NCBI GenBank assembly: GCA_964535715.1
Contig: CAZHUO010000004.1
Location: 1-60,986, forward strand
DNA: 60,986 nucleotides
Reading direction: 5' to 3'
DNA from: an uncultured Gammaproteobacteria bacterium
GTDB lineage: Bacteria; Patescibacteriota; Patescibacteriia; Buchananbacterales; UBA6539
Of the stretch, positions 48,383-57,505 are shown in pieces. How positions within the stretch are numbered: the first letter of the stretch is position 1; every line of letters begins with the position of its first letter. The notes under the pieces are model-generated. The model searched no databases and was not told where the DNA came from. It saw nothing but the letters and a program-made list of their open reading frames with translations. A program made the translations under genes and the position numbers.

Positions 48383-49444
48383 TTAGAATTGGTTAAGAAA
48401 ACGTAAATCGTTCTGGTAAAGCATTCTGATATCCGGAATACTTAAGCCGGCTTTCATCATATAGGTCCGCTCAACTCCCCAGCCAAAAGCAAAACCGGAA
48501 TACTTTTCTGGATCAATCCCGCCGGCTTTCAAAACGTTTGGATGAACCATGCCGGCGCCGCCCAGCTCCAGCCAGCCGGCTTTGCACATTTTACAACCTT
48601 GGTCGCCGGAACCTTGGTGTAGGCGACCTACGCCATTACATAAGCCGCAGGAAATATCAACTTCAAAACTTGGCTCGGTAAACTGAAAATGAAACGGCCT
48701 AATTCTCGCTTGACGGCTTGGTCCAAAAAACTGCTTAGCAAAATAGTCCAGTGTTCCTTTTAAATCGGCAATGGTGACATTCTTATCAATCAATAAGCCT
48801 TCAAACTGATGAAACATCGGCACGTGCGAAACATCAATCTGACGCCGATAGCACTTTGAAATATTTGTCATTCTTATCGGCAAATGTTTTTTTTCCATTT
48901 CTCTGACCTGGCCAGAAGAAGTGTGCGGGGTTAAAACTCGCTGCCCTTTTAATCCAACCGGTTTAGAATCAATAAAAAAAGTCTCCCATTCGTCGCGGGC
49001 AGGATGATCAGACGGCATGTTCAAAGATTCAAAGGCATAATAGTCCCATTCAACTTCGGGATAACGCCGGCGAATAAAGCCGATCTTTTCAAAAATTTCT
49101 GAAATTTCTTTTATTGCCTGAGTTACTAAATGAAGATGACCTTGCGGCATTTTTGTACCGGGCAAAGTAACATCTAAAAATTTATTGCCAACCGATAAGC
49201 CTTTTAAATCCAGGCGTTTTTGATTAATTTCTTGCTCAATGAATTTTCTTAATTCATTCGCCTGTTTTCCAACATCCTTTTTTTGGCTTTCCGGCATATC
49301 TTTTAAACTGCGCAAGACATTATTCAATATCCCCGCCTTGCGTCCCAAATAGTTGATTTCCAGCTGTTCCAAAGACGGCAAGTCAAAAACAACTGCAATT
49401 TCCTGCACAAATTTATCATTAAGTTGTTTAATCTGTTGTGTCAT
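48383..49444 (-). CDS. pheS: phenylalanine--tRNA ligase alpha subunit
   Basis: Class II motifs HPARD, FRPFHFQFTEPS and GWGVERT. Confidence 0.95.
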   Translation of the reverse strand: MTQQIKQLNDKFVQEIAVVFDLPSLEQLEINYLGRKAGILNNVLRSLKDMPESQKKDVGKQANELRKFIEQEINQKRLDLKGLSVGNKFLDVTLPGTKMPQGHLHLVTQAIKEISEIFEKIGFIRRRYPEVEWDYYAFESLNMPSDHPARDEWETFFIDSKPVGLKGQRVLTPHTSSGQVREMEKKHLPIRMTNISKCYRRQIDVSHVPMFHQFEGLLIDKNVTIADLKGTLDYFAKQFFGPSRQARIRPFHFQFTEPSFEVDISCGLCNGVGRLHQGSGDQGCKMCKAGWLELGGAGMVHPNVLKAGGIDPEKYSGFAFGWGVERTYMMKAGLSIPDIRMLYQNDLRFLNQF

Positions 49445-49862
49445 AAGATGGTCGTTGTTGTTTTTGGTAAGATATAAAAAAGAATTCCAAAACAGTTAAA
49501 ATCATTATTAATATCAAAATATTCCACCATCTAAACAGGCCCTGGCTTTTCAAAAGCGCCCAGGTAAGTATTAAAATTGAAAAAAATATGGCATGGCGGG
49601 CTGAATTTCTAACCCGGTAGTACATAAGCTGCTTTCTGAAAAACTTTCTTTTTAAAAAATTGGATGACAAAAAAATAAATCCGCAGAGCCATAAAAACAA
49701 ACATAAATAAAAAAGAATAAATCCGAAAAATCCTATTTTTTCCGGATCAAAATAAAATATTATCATCAGCCAGGAAATAAAGGAAATGGCCGTACTAAGC
49801 ATTATTAAAAATGAAAATATTCTTGCGCTCATGATGGTTTTATTATAACAAAATAAATTCAA
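49428..49862 (-). CDS. hypothetical integral membrane protein
   Basis: About 4 TM helices. It overlaps the pheS start by 17 nt. Confidence 0.5.
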   Translation of the reverse strand: MNLFCYNKTIMSARIFSFLIMLSTAISFISWLMIIFYFDPEKIGFFGFILFYLCLFLWLCGFIFLSSNFLKRKFFRKQLMYYRVRNSARHAIFFSILILTWALLKSQGLFRWWNILILIMILTVLEFFFISYQKQQRPSYDTTD

Positions 49863-49897
49863 TAAAGCAATATAAAAAATTAGGTAAATTTATTACA

Positions 49898-51418
49898 TTA
49901 TTCGCTGAAAACTATCGCTTCATAAGACATTGTCTGAATATCTTCGTTCTTGTAGCAATTTTTGTCTAAACCTCCTTTTAAGCAAAGGCTTTGAAAAAAT
50001 TGGGTCGGATCGGATAAATCTTCCCAAACCTGTGGCAGATAAGTCGCTCCCCTGTTTCCTTGGCGCAAAACAACGCCTTTTTTGAATTTAATAATTTCAT
50101 CAATTGTATCGGTTTTTGGCGGGGTCAAAACGGAAATTTCAATTTTAATATCTTTAAGTTCTGAAGATTCAACCGGCATAAAACGATTATCATGCGCTGC
50201 CGCTGAAATGGCATTGTCCCTGACCGCCTCAATCAAAGCTTCAATTGGCTCTATATAACCGATACACCCCCTAAGCTGGCCGTCTTTAGTCAAAGTGACA
50301 AACACTCCCCGCTTTTCCAATAACTTTTGATAATCAGTCTTTGGCTCATAAGTTTTGCCAGTTTTAACATATTGTTCCAAGGCAGTTCTGGCAACTTTCA
50401 GCAATTCGCTTTTTTCCGCCTCACTGTATTCATCTTTATTGTTTTCTTGATTTATTGCCTGCCCGCCGAAGCCCACTGGGCGTAGGTGGGATTTCTTGAT
50501 TTCTTGAAAAAACCCTATCGCCGAATAGCCAACCACGGCCTTTTTATCACCTGTTACGTCGCCGGAATTCATATACTCCAAAAGTTTTGGCACCAAGCCA
50601 TTCTGCCGGGCAAGTTCCAAAATTGAAGACACCGCCCAGGGCGCATCTATTTCGTCGTCTAATACATCTTCGCTATTTAAATCCAAAATATTCTGTATTG
50701 ATTTCTTGTCCAATTTAACCGCTTCATCATAAGGATGATAATGGGAAAGATCAAGACTGACAATCAAAACGGTCTGAGAATCCAAATAGAGGTTTAAAAC
50801 TGAGGCAAAATCAGATCTCTGTTTAGAATCCAATTGACCGACAATTATTGGAATGATTTTTATACTGGGCAGAACTGTTTGTAAAAATGGAATTTCAAGC
50901 TCCAAGGAATGCTCGGGCTGATGAATTTTATCATTAATTTCAAAATTATTTTCTTTGGCTAATTCCGAATTCATTGCCGCAATATCAACTGAGCCCAAAG
51001 GCGTCTGCCAAATACCAGCGCCTGATAAAAATAAGCCGGAAAGCGGAAAGTGATGGGACGGACCGATTATTATTGCCTGTTTAATATCTTTTCCTAAAAG
51101 CGGTTTGAAACCATGGGCTGCCACCCCGCCGGAGTAAGCGTAGCCTGCGTGAGGCACAATTATAATTTTTGGACTACCGGTTGCCGCCTGGCTTGAAGCT
51201 TCGGCTAAAAAATCATTAATCATCTTGCTTAATTCCGTTTTATCAGCCGGATAAAAAGAGCCGGCCACCGCGGGCTTGCGGATTATTTCTTTTTTGGTCA
51301 TATTTATATTTTCCTTCTGACTTATTTTTGAAGTATTTAAATTGTATTTCAATATTAATGCGAGAATAATAACCAAAAAAATAAGTAATAGAAATAGGCT
51401 GATATACTTTTTTGGCAT
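49898..51418 (-). CDS. fusion: AmmeMemoRadiSam system protein B (Memo-like) plus protein A (AMMECR1-like), with an N-terminal TM anchor
   Basis: PAVAGSFYP...VPHAGYAYSG (Memo), then RGVFVTLTKDGQLRGCIGYIEP (AMMECR1). The start was moved to ATG 51418, because the upstream 77 codons translate a repeat element and overlap the helicase gene. Confidence 0.8.
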   Translation of the reverse strand: MPKKYISLFLLLIFLVIILALILKYNLNTSKISQKENINMTKKEIIRKPAVAGSFYPADKTELSKMINDFLAEASSQAATGSPKIIIVPHAGYAYSGGVAAHGFKPLLGKDIKQAIIIGPSHHFPLSGLFLSGAGIWQTPLGSVDIAAMNSELAKENNFEINDKIHQPEHSLELEIPFLQTVLPSIKIIPIIVGQLDSKQRSDFASVLNLYLDSQTVLIVSLDLSHYHPYDEAVKLDKKSIQNILDLNSEDVLDDEIDAPWAVSSILELARQNGLVPKLLEYMNSGDVTGDKKAVVGYSAIGFFQEIKKSHLRPVGFGGQAINQENNKDEYSEAEKSELLKVARTALEQYVKTGKTYEPKTDYQKLLEKRGVFVTLTKDGQLRGCIGYIEPIEALIEAVRDNAISAAAHDNRFMPVESSELKDIKIEISVLTPPKTDTIDEIIKFKKGVVLRQGNRGATYLPQVWEDLSDPTQFFQSLCLKGGLDKNCYKNEDIQTMSYEAIVFSE

Positions 51419-51439
51419 AAGCGTTTCTCTTTTCTGTAA

Positions 51440-51535
51440 TTGTGAAATCCCAGACTTTCGCAAAAGGCTAAGACCGAAGCAATCTAGATTGCTTCGTCGT
51501 CGCTTCGCTCCTCCTCGCAATGACAAAACGTTATA
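51440..51535. repeat. solo hairpin / half attC-like element
   Basis: cgaagcaatc-tag-attgcttcg, then gtcgcttcgctcctcctcgcaatgac-aaaac-GTTA. The TTA doubles as the helicase stop codon. Confidence 0.55.
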
Positions 51536-54500
51536 GTGATCTGAATTCGCAAATATTCTTAAAATCGCACCACTGACAGAGCATACTGGGCTTGGGCAAA
51601 AATTCTCCTTTTTTGATTTCCAAAATTGTATTGATAATCTTTTTTTCAATCGCTTTAAGCTCTTTTTCCGTACCTAAAAATGATACTTTATTTCCGGCTT
51701 CAATATAATAAAAAGAAAGATTTTTAACTTTTTCGCCCAAAACCTGCTGGGCGGCCAGCTGGTAAATTAAAAGCTGTTCTTTGTCTTCGGCGGTAAAATT
51801 CTTTTCAGTCCGGCCAAAGCCTGTTTTATAGTCAATAATTTCTATCCCGCCATCTAAAATATCTATTCGGTCAATTACACCCTTGATTGTATACTCCTCT
51901 CCGTCCGCTTCAATTTTTAAATTAAACGGACGCTCCAAATATTTTGGTATTGGAATATTTTTTTCAATTTTTTTATAATACTCAGTTAAAGCCTTTTTGC
52001 CTTTCTGTTTATATTCATCGTGTTCTTCGCGGCTTTGGTACCAATCATCAATCCAATTTTTTTCATAGATCCCCAAAAGCTCCTCTAGTTTTACTTTGGT
52101 CTTCTGTTTTCTGTTTTCTGTTTTCTGATCTCTAATCTTATTGCCAAACAAATCAACCTGCTTAACATTTTCTCTTTCCAAAACTAACTCAAAAAATTGC
52201 TGTAAAGTCGCATGAATCGTTTTACCAAATGAAAAAACCGATTTTCCCCGAACCGGCACTTTCAAAATATGGGCAAACCGGTACTGATAAGGACAGCTTT
52301 CAAAAGCCCGAAGCTGGGTAAAAGAAAAGCGGGTCGGCACAATCGGCAAAAACTCTTGTTGTGTAATCTCAGTATTAAATTTTTTTGTCCCTTCAGCAAG
52401 CAAGCCCTCGCCTTTATCAGGTTTTTTGTCTTCTTTAACAGCAAAGCCGATATCTTTAAGTTCGCATAGAAAACGGGATATTTTTTTCTTACGCGCGCCG
52501 CCGTAGTCAGATGCAGTTGTAAAAAATAAGCCAGTTTTGGCGCGCGTCATGGCAACATAAAAAAGACGGCGTTCTTCCTGCAGGTGAGCATCGCCAGAAG
52601 GCAAAATTTCTTTTATCAAGGCTTCGGGCAAGGCAATTTGATCTGATCGGTCACTAATTGGAAAACGGCGGTCAACCAAGCTGACGATAAAAACATATTT
52701 GAATTCCAAGCCCTTGGCTCCATGGACAGTCATAATTTTTACGCTGTCAGGGCCTTCATCCATATTATTCTGCAAAGAACCGGCTTCACCGGCTTCCAGC
52801 TCAAGCTCTATTAATCTCAAAAAACTTTTAACGGATTTGTCCTCACTGGAATTTTCAAAGTCAGTGATTTTTTTATAAAACTGATTTAAATAGTTTACCG
52901 CTTGCTGAGATTCTATTGAATCGTTCTTGGTTAATTTTTGCAAATAGCCGGAGTCTTCTAAAAAAGCAACAACAATTTGACCGACTGTTTTTTCCTTAAT
53001 TAAAACGCTATGGCTTTCAATCAGCTTAATAATATTTTTTAACTTTTCACGGACTTCTGACTCAGTATTTTGAGAAATTATCGCATCTTTTAAAGCCTGA
53101 TAAATTGAAATTCCTTTGCGGCTCGCCCAATAATTCAAAGTATTGATTACTGAAAAATCAAGCTCAAAAACTTCAAAACCAAGTACTCGGTACATTGCCG
53201 AACTTTCCCGGTAGTTATCCAAAAGCTTCAAGTAGGCCAAAACATCTAAAATCACGGGCTTGCCATAAAGCCCGCGCGAAGCTAAAAACTGATATGGAAT
53301 TTGGGTTTGAGAAATCGCATTGACAAAATAATTCGCCACTTCGTTAGTCCGAGCCAATATCGCAAAATCCGACCAAGCGATTTCTTTGTTTTTTTCTTTC
53401 AGTTCCGCAATTTGCTTAAGCGTGCCCCTAACTTCATCATCAGCCGTATCAAAAGCCAAATGGGTAATTATGCCTTTTTCTTTATTTTGAGCAGCCAATT
53501 TCTTTGTAAATTTTCGTTTTTCTGTTTTCTGATTTCTGTTTTCTGATTCTAACTTACATTCCAGCCTGTCTGGATTATTCTGCTGAATAAATTTATATGA
53601 CAAATCAAGGATTTCTTGAATCGAACGGTAATTTTTATTCAAAAAAATTTCTTCGGCTTTGGGATAGTCTTTTTTAAATTCCAAAATATTAGAGACTGAG
53701 GCTCCCCTGAATTTATAAATTGAATTATGAACAACAATTTCATCAGCGATAAAATTATGAGTGGTCTTAACCTCTAAATCATAAACTATAACATTTTTTT
53801 CTATATTTTCGGCTTTATTAATTACTCTGTCATAGACCACGCCATTCTTATTCATCACAGGCAAATACTGACCAACCAATACATTTTTTGCCGGAATTAC
53901 CAAAGCTTTTCTGGTTTGAATATTTTCCTGTCCTAATTTCGCACTAACTTCCAAAATTCCGCCGGTAATTTTTTCGATCCTAAGTGCAATCCGACCTAAT
54001 TTTTTTAAATCAATGCTTTCGAGACGCAAACGATAGCCCTTTTTGGCCTTTCGTAATATAAATCCGGCTTTCTTTAATTTTTTGATGATGTTTAAATCTG
54101 AACTCTCCAAACCTAAATAATGAGTGACTTTAGGACTTACTAACTTATTGTCTTTGGCATACTTACTCCGATAACGGCGATAACACATTTCTAAATTTAC
54201 TTTTACCCTTAATTTCTCTCCTCTGTTAACCGCGGCTAAAGAGTAATGATGGGTACTTAAATCAAAATTTAAATCATTAGCCAGTTTTCTAGCATTACTT
54301 TCACTATCAATTTCCTGATAAAGCTTAGACAACCATTTATCTTTTACTACTACTTTGTTTCGTGCCTTAAAGCAAACGGTTGGAATATTATATTTTAGTG
54401 AATATAAAGTTTCATAAAATCTAGCCTCTGTTTCACCAAGACAAGTTTTGATCCCTAAAATCCGATCAGCCGATCTTTCCAGTCGAAGCCGCATTGACAA

Positions 54501-55685
54501 ATCATTAGTCACACCTATTCGCCAGCCTAAATTTTTGCGGTGCATTAAGTAAACATAATAATATTTTTTATCATCAATCGCCGGAACAAAACAAAACATT
54601 TTATGATTATCAGTAACTTTAATTTGATGGCCATTAGCTGTTTTAAATGTTATAAACTTTACATCCTTTTTATTCTTAAAAACTTTAGTAACTGGCGCAT
54701 AGCTTAAATAACCTCGACCAACTGCCGTTGACACTTTCTGTCCAACTTTTATATCCTTAATTTTCTTTCTGCCTTTATCAGTTTCAACTAAAGAGTCAGG
54801 GGGTAGACATTGATCATCATCCCCGACAACCGTAATATTATTCTGCGGCTTTGCCAAAAGCTTAACCAGCTCATATTGGGCGTAATTCGTGTCCTGAAAT
54901 TCATCAACTAAAATATACTTAAACTGCTGGCGGTATTTTGCCAAAATCGCCGGCCGATCCTTAAAAAGCTTAAGGCAATAATTTATCAAATCGCCAAAGT
55001 CCATTGCGCTATTATCAACAAGCAACTGCTGATAAATATGATAAGCATCGGCAACTTCCTGAGTTTTTTTAATTTCCTGGGCAACTAATTCCTTTTTTTC
55101 CTTCTTGCTTAGTGATTTTAATATTTCCGGCTCCAACAAGTCTTTAATAAAATCATTTGAATCGGAATTTAATTTCAAGTCCTTGGCGTATTTCAAATAA
55201 TCCGAGGAACTTACAACTTCATCTTTGGCGCGAGAAAACAATTTAATCAAGGCATGAATAAATTTTGTCGGATTACCCAGCGGTCGATAGTATTCTAAGT
55301 TGAATTTATTCAAATTCTGCCTAATTAACAGCCACTGCTGGGTTTGGTTCAATAATTTAAAATCATTGGGAATTCCGATTTCCAGGGCATGATTTTTTAA
55401 AATTTTTTCGGCAAAGGAATGAAAAGTCGAAATCCACAAATCCACATAGCCAAGCGGCAAAAGCTTATCAACTCGCTCTTCCATTTCACCGGCGGCTTTG
55501 TCGGTAAATGTCAAAGCCAATATTTCATCGCTTTTGGCTTTGCCTTCGGTAATCAGCCAGGCAATACGCTGGGCAATTACCGTAGTCTTGCCGGTGCCGG
55601 CTCCGGCCACGATTAAAAGAGGCCCCTTGTTAAAAATAACTGCCTTTTTTTGTTCAGGATTCAAGGTTTTCAGGTTAATTTCCAT
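51531..55685 (-). CDS. UvrD/PcrA-type SF1 helicase fused to a C-terminal PD-(D/E)XK (Cas4/AddB-like, 4-Cys) nuclease, interrupted by an intein
   Basis: GAGTGKT, DEFQDTN, VGDDDQ|intein|SIYKFRGA, and VAMTRAK. C-terminal motifs are ESCPYQYRF, IDYKTG and CQWCDFKNIC. Confidence 0.9.
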   Translation of the reverse strand: MEINLKTLNPEQKKAVIFNKGPLLIVAGAGTGKTTVIAQRIAWLITEGKAKSDEILALTFTDKAAGEMEERVDKLLPLGYVDLWISTFHSFAEKILKNHALEIGIPNDFKLLNQTQQWLLIRQNLNKFNLEYYRPLGNPTKFIHALIKLFSRAKDEVVSSSDYLKYAKDLKLNSDSNDFIKDLLEPEILKSLSKKEKKELVAQEIKKTQEVADAYHIYQQLLVDNSAMDFGDLINYCLKLFKDRPAILAKYRQQFKYILVDEFQDTNYAQYELVKLLAKPQNNITVVGDDDQCLPPDSLVETDKGRKKIKDIKVGQKVSTAVGRGYLSYAPVTKVFKNKKDVKFITFKTANGHQIKVTDNHKMFCFVPAIDDKKYYYVYLMHRKNLGWRIGVTNDLSMRLRLERSADRILGIKTCLGETEARFYETLYSLKYNIPTVCFKARNKVVVKDKWLSKLYQEIDSESNARKLANDLNFDLSTHHYSLAAVNRGEKLRVKVNLEMCYRRYRSKYAKDNKLVSPKVTHYLGLESSDLNIIKKLKKAGFILRKAKKGYRLRLESIDLKKLGRIALRIEKITGGILEVSAKLGQENIQTRKALVIPAKNVLVGQYLPVMNKNGVVYDRVINKAENIEKNVIVYDLEVKTTHNFIADEIVVHNSIYKFRGASVSNILEFKKDYPKAEEIFLNKNYRSIQEILDLSYKFIQQNNPDRLECKLESENRNQKTEKRKFTKKLAAQNKEKGIITHLAFDTADDEVRGTLKQIAELKEKNKEIAWSDFAILARTNEVANYFVNAISQTQIPYQFLASRGLYGKPVILDVLAYLKLLDNYRESSAMYRVLGFEVFELDFSVINTLNYWASRKGISIYQALKDAIISQNTESEVREKLKNIIKLIESHSVLIKEKTVGQIVVAFLEDSGYLQKLTKNDSIESQQAVNYLNQFYKKITDFENSSEDKSVKSFLRLIELELEAGEAGSLQNNMDEGPDSVKIMTVHGAKGLEFKYVFIVSLVDRRFPISDRSDQIALPEALIKEILPSGDAHLQEERRLFYVAMTRAKTGLFFTTASDYGGARKKKISRFLCELKDIGFAVKEDKKPDKGEGLLAEGTKKFNTEITQQEFLPIVPTRFSFTQLRAFESCPYQYRFAHILKVPVRGKSVFSFGKTIHATLQQFFELVLERENVKQVDLFGNKIRDQKTENRKQKTKVKLEELLGIYEKNWIDDWYQSREEHDEYKQKGKKALTEYYKKIEKNIPIPKYLERPFNLKIEADGEEYTIKGVIDRIDILDGGIEIIDYKTGFGRTEKNFTAEDKEQLLIYQLAAQQVLGEKVKNLSFYYIEAGNKVSFLGTEKELKAIEKKIINTILEIKKGEFLPKPSMLCQWCDFKNICEFRSL
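53724..54809 (-). mobile_element. intein (362 aa) in helicase motif III
   Basis: It starts CLPPDSLVETDKG and has block B VTDNHKMF. It ends VYDLEVKTTHNFIADEIVVHN and is followed by Ser. The flanks rejoin to GDDDQSIYKFRGA. Confidence 0.88.
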
Positions 55686-55823
55686 AAAGTTAAGTTAATC
55701 AAGAGATTAAGAAATCAAGAGATCTCTTGATTAACTAGATTACTTGATCAACTTAATTTTAACATAAATTTAGGTAAGAAAAAACCCATCTTTTTCCTAA
55801 AGACGGGCTGAATTAATTTTTAT

Positions 55824-56318
55824 TTACCACTGCCACCTCGCTTGAGATAAGCCAGGCGATCTGCGGCTACTTAATGTCTCTCTTGTCTGCCTGACTGCTT
55901 GCTGCTCTCGACGCTTGGCTTCAGCAATTATATGGGATGCTTCTTCAGCCAGTTTAAATTTGAGCTGGTCAGTAGTCAATCCTAAAATTTTGGTGCGCCG
56001 GGTAAGTTCAACTAAGCGCTCTTGGGCTTTATATTTTTTGCGGGCTTTGGCATTGGCTGAGTTCCAGGTGGTCTTGCCCTTTCTGAACTTCATCAAGTCA
56101 TGCCAAGGCCTTTTATAAGACTGGCTGGCTGATACCGTTTTAACAGCTTTGGCTTTATCCTGACCACTGGATCCAAAACTGCCTGCTGGCACTGCCGGCT
56201 TATGCAATGCCTCAGAAACAGACTGGCTGGCAACCGATTTGTTGGTACGACCTTGACTCTTTTCCTTCCTAGACTTATCTTTTTCATAACCTTTACCTTC
56301 CCGAGTACTTCCTCTCAT
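55824..56318 (-). CDS. hypothetical basic protein (G+C-richer island)
   Basis: 164-aa K/R/S-rich ORF. Confidence 0.4.
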   Translation of the reverse strand: MRGSTREGKGYEKDKSRKEKSQGRTNKSVASQSVSEALHKPAVPAGSFGSSGQDKAKAVKTVSASQSYKRPWHDLMKFRKGKTTWNSANAKARKKYKAQERLVELTRRTKILGLTTDQLKFKLAEEASHIIAEAKRREQQAVRQTRETLSSRRSPGLSQARWQW

Positions 56319-56359
56319 TTCATATCACCTGCCTTTCTTTTTACTATCGCTTAAAAAAA

Positions 56360-56560
56360 TTAAAAAGGACAACCTCTGCATTGCCGTCCACCAAAACGAC
56401 GCATTGCCGCATGGCAGTCATGAGAGTTTTGTTTATACCCATGTGGGCACTTTTTTTCAGACGATCCCTGACTAGCCAATAGCTTTTGAAGGCTGCTTCC
56501 TCCGCCATTGCCATTGTGTTGCTTTAGCTTAATTTTATTTTTCGGCGAATTATCACCCAT
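56360..56560 (-). CDS. hypothetical small Cys/His-rich protein
   Basis: 66 aa ending CPHGYKQNSHDCHAAMRRFGGRQCRGCPF. Confidence 0.35.
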   Translation of the reverse strand: MGDNSPKNKIKLKQHNGNGGGSSLQKLLASQGSSEKKCPHGYKQNSHDCHAAMRRFGGRQCRGCPF

Positions 56561-56645
56561 CTTTTTCTCCTTCTACGGTTAATGATATGGCTTTATGGCT
56601 TCTTCTATTTTTAGGACGTTTTATTTTTTGTTATCTTCCTTCATT

Positions 56646-57299
56646 TTATATTTCAACCACTGCTGCTAAATCATTAATGCTAAATTCTTTTTTCAACGGC
56701 CGAAAAATCGGCTTCCAAAATCCATAGTATAGATACATCCCGCGAATATAGGATTCACCGGCTTGATCGGCAAAAATGGCACTCCAAAAATACGTTCCAT
56801 GACTGAAACCTTTTTCGTGGTATTTCCAATCGGCCGGGACAAACTCCAGGAATCTCAAAAGGGTGTCTGAAATATTCGGGTGCAAAACCGGCATATCTTT
56901 AATTTGGCTATAAACTTCATAGCCAGTAGCTTGATTACCGTTATTTTGGCAATTTGCAAGATGCAAAGAAACCATTTTGCCGTTAATATATAATCCATCT
57001 GGACGTTTTTCAAGCTCCACCCAGCCACCGCCCTGGTTAGCAAAAACAACTGCGGAATCAAAAGGCAAAATTGGAGGCGTGTCCAAGTTTACTCGGATAA
57101 TTCCTTTGTTCAAATCTCTTAAGTCCCTAACGGTAATGATTTCAGCTGACCCTTGAACATAATCGAGAAATTTTCCAAGCATTCCATTTTCTGAAATGAT
57201 ATTTATATCTTCAAAAGTCCAGCCATGCCTAATTAAAGCATCTTCAAGCTTTACCGTCAGGCGGGGTGTCAAAACAAATCTTTCACTTTCATTGTCCAT
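56646..57299 (-). CDS. hypothetical protein
   Basis: 217-aa ORF with no recognised motif. Confidence 0.45.
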   Translation of the reverse strand: MDNESERFVLTPRLTVKLEDALIRHGWTFEDINIISENGMLGKFLDYVQGSAEIITVRDLRDLNKGIIRVNLDTPPILPFDSAVVFANQGGGWVELEKRPDGLYINGKMVSLHLANCQNNGNQATGYEVYSQIKDMPVLHPNISDTLLRFLEFVPADWKYHEKGFSHGTYFWSAIFADQAGESYIRGMYLYYGFWKPIFRPLKKEFSINDLAAVVEI

Positions 57300-57505
57300 T
57301 ATTTGTCATTCCTTTGGTTTTTGCAACAATTTAATACTAGTTGCAGATTGTATTTAATCCGGTCGCTAAAAAGCAACCTTATTTACACAGATATTCGTTT
57401 CAAAGAGCCTTTATTGGTTATTAAAGATTAGTTAATATTGCGCGAAAAGTCAATACGGCAAGCAAAATAAATTGCGCCTTTGGCTTATTCTTATTTTTTA
57501 TAGTT

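Noticed and set aside
51419-51649. The N-terminal 77 codons of ORF 49898..51649.
   Set aside because: They overlap the helicase gene by 119 nt and translate a hairpin repeat (SLRGGAKRRRSNL...). ATG 51418 begins a sensible TM anchor.
53724-54809. A LAGLIDADG or HNH homing endonuclease in the intein.
   Set aside because: I could not find either motif by eye. Only a GIY-YIG-like stretch is seen, and it is reported as tentative.
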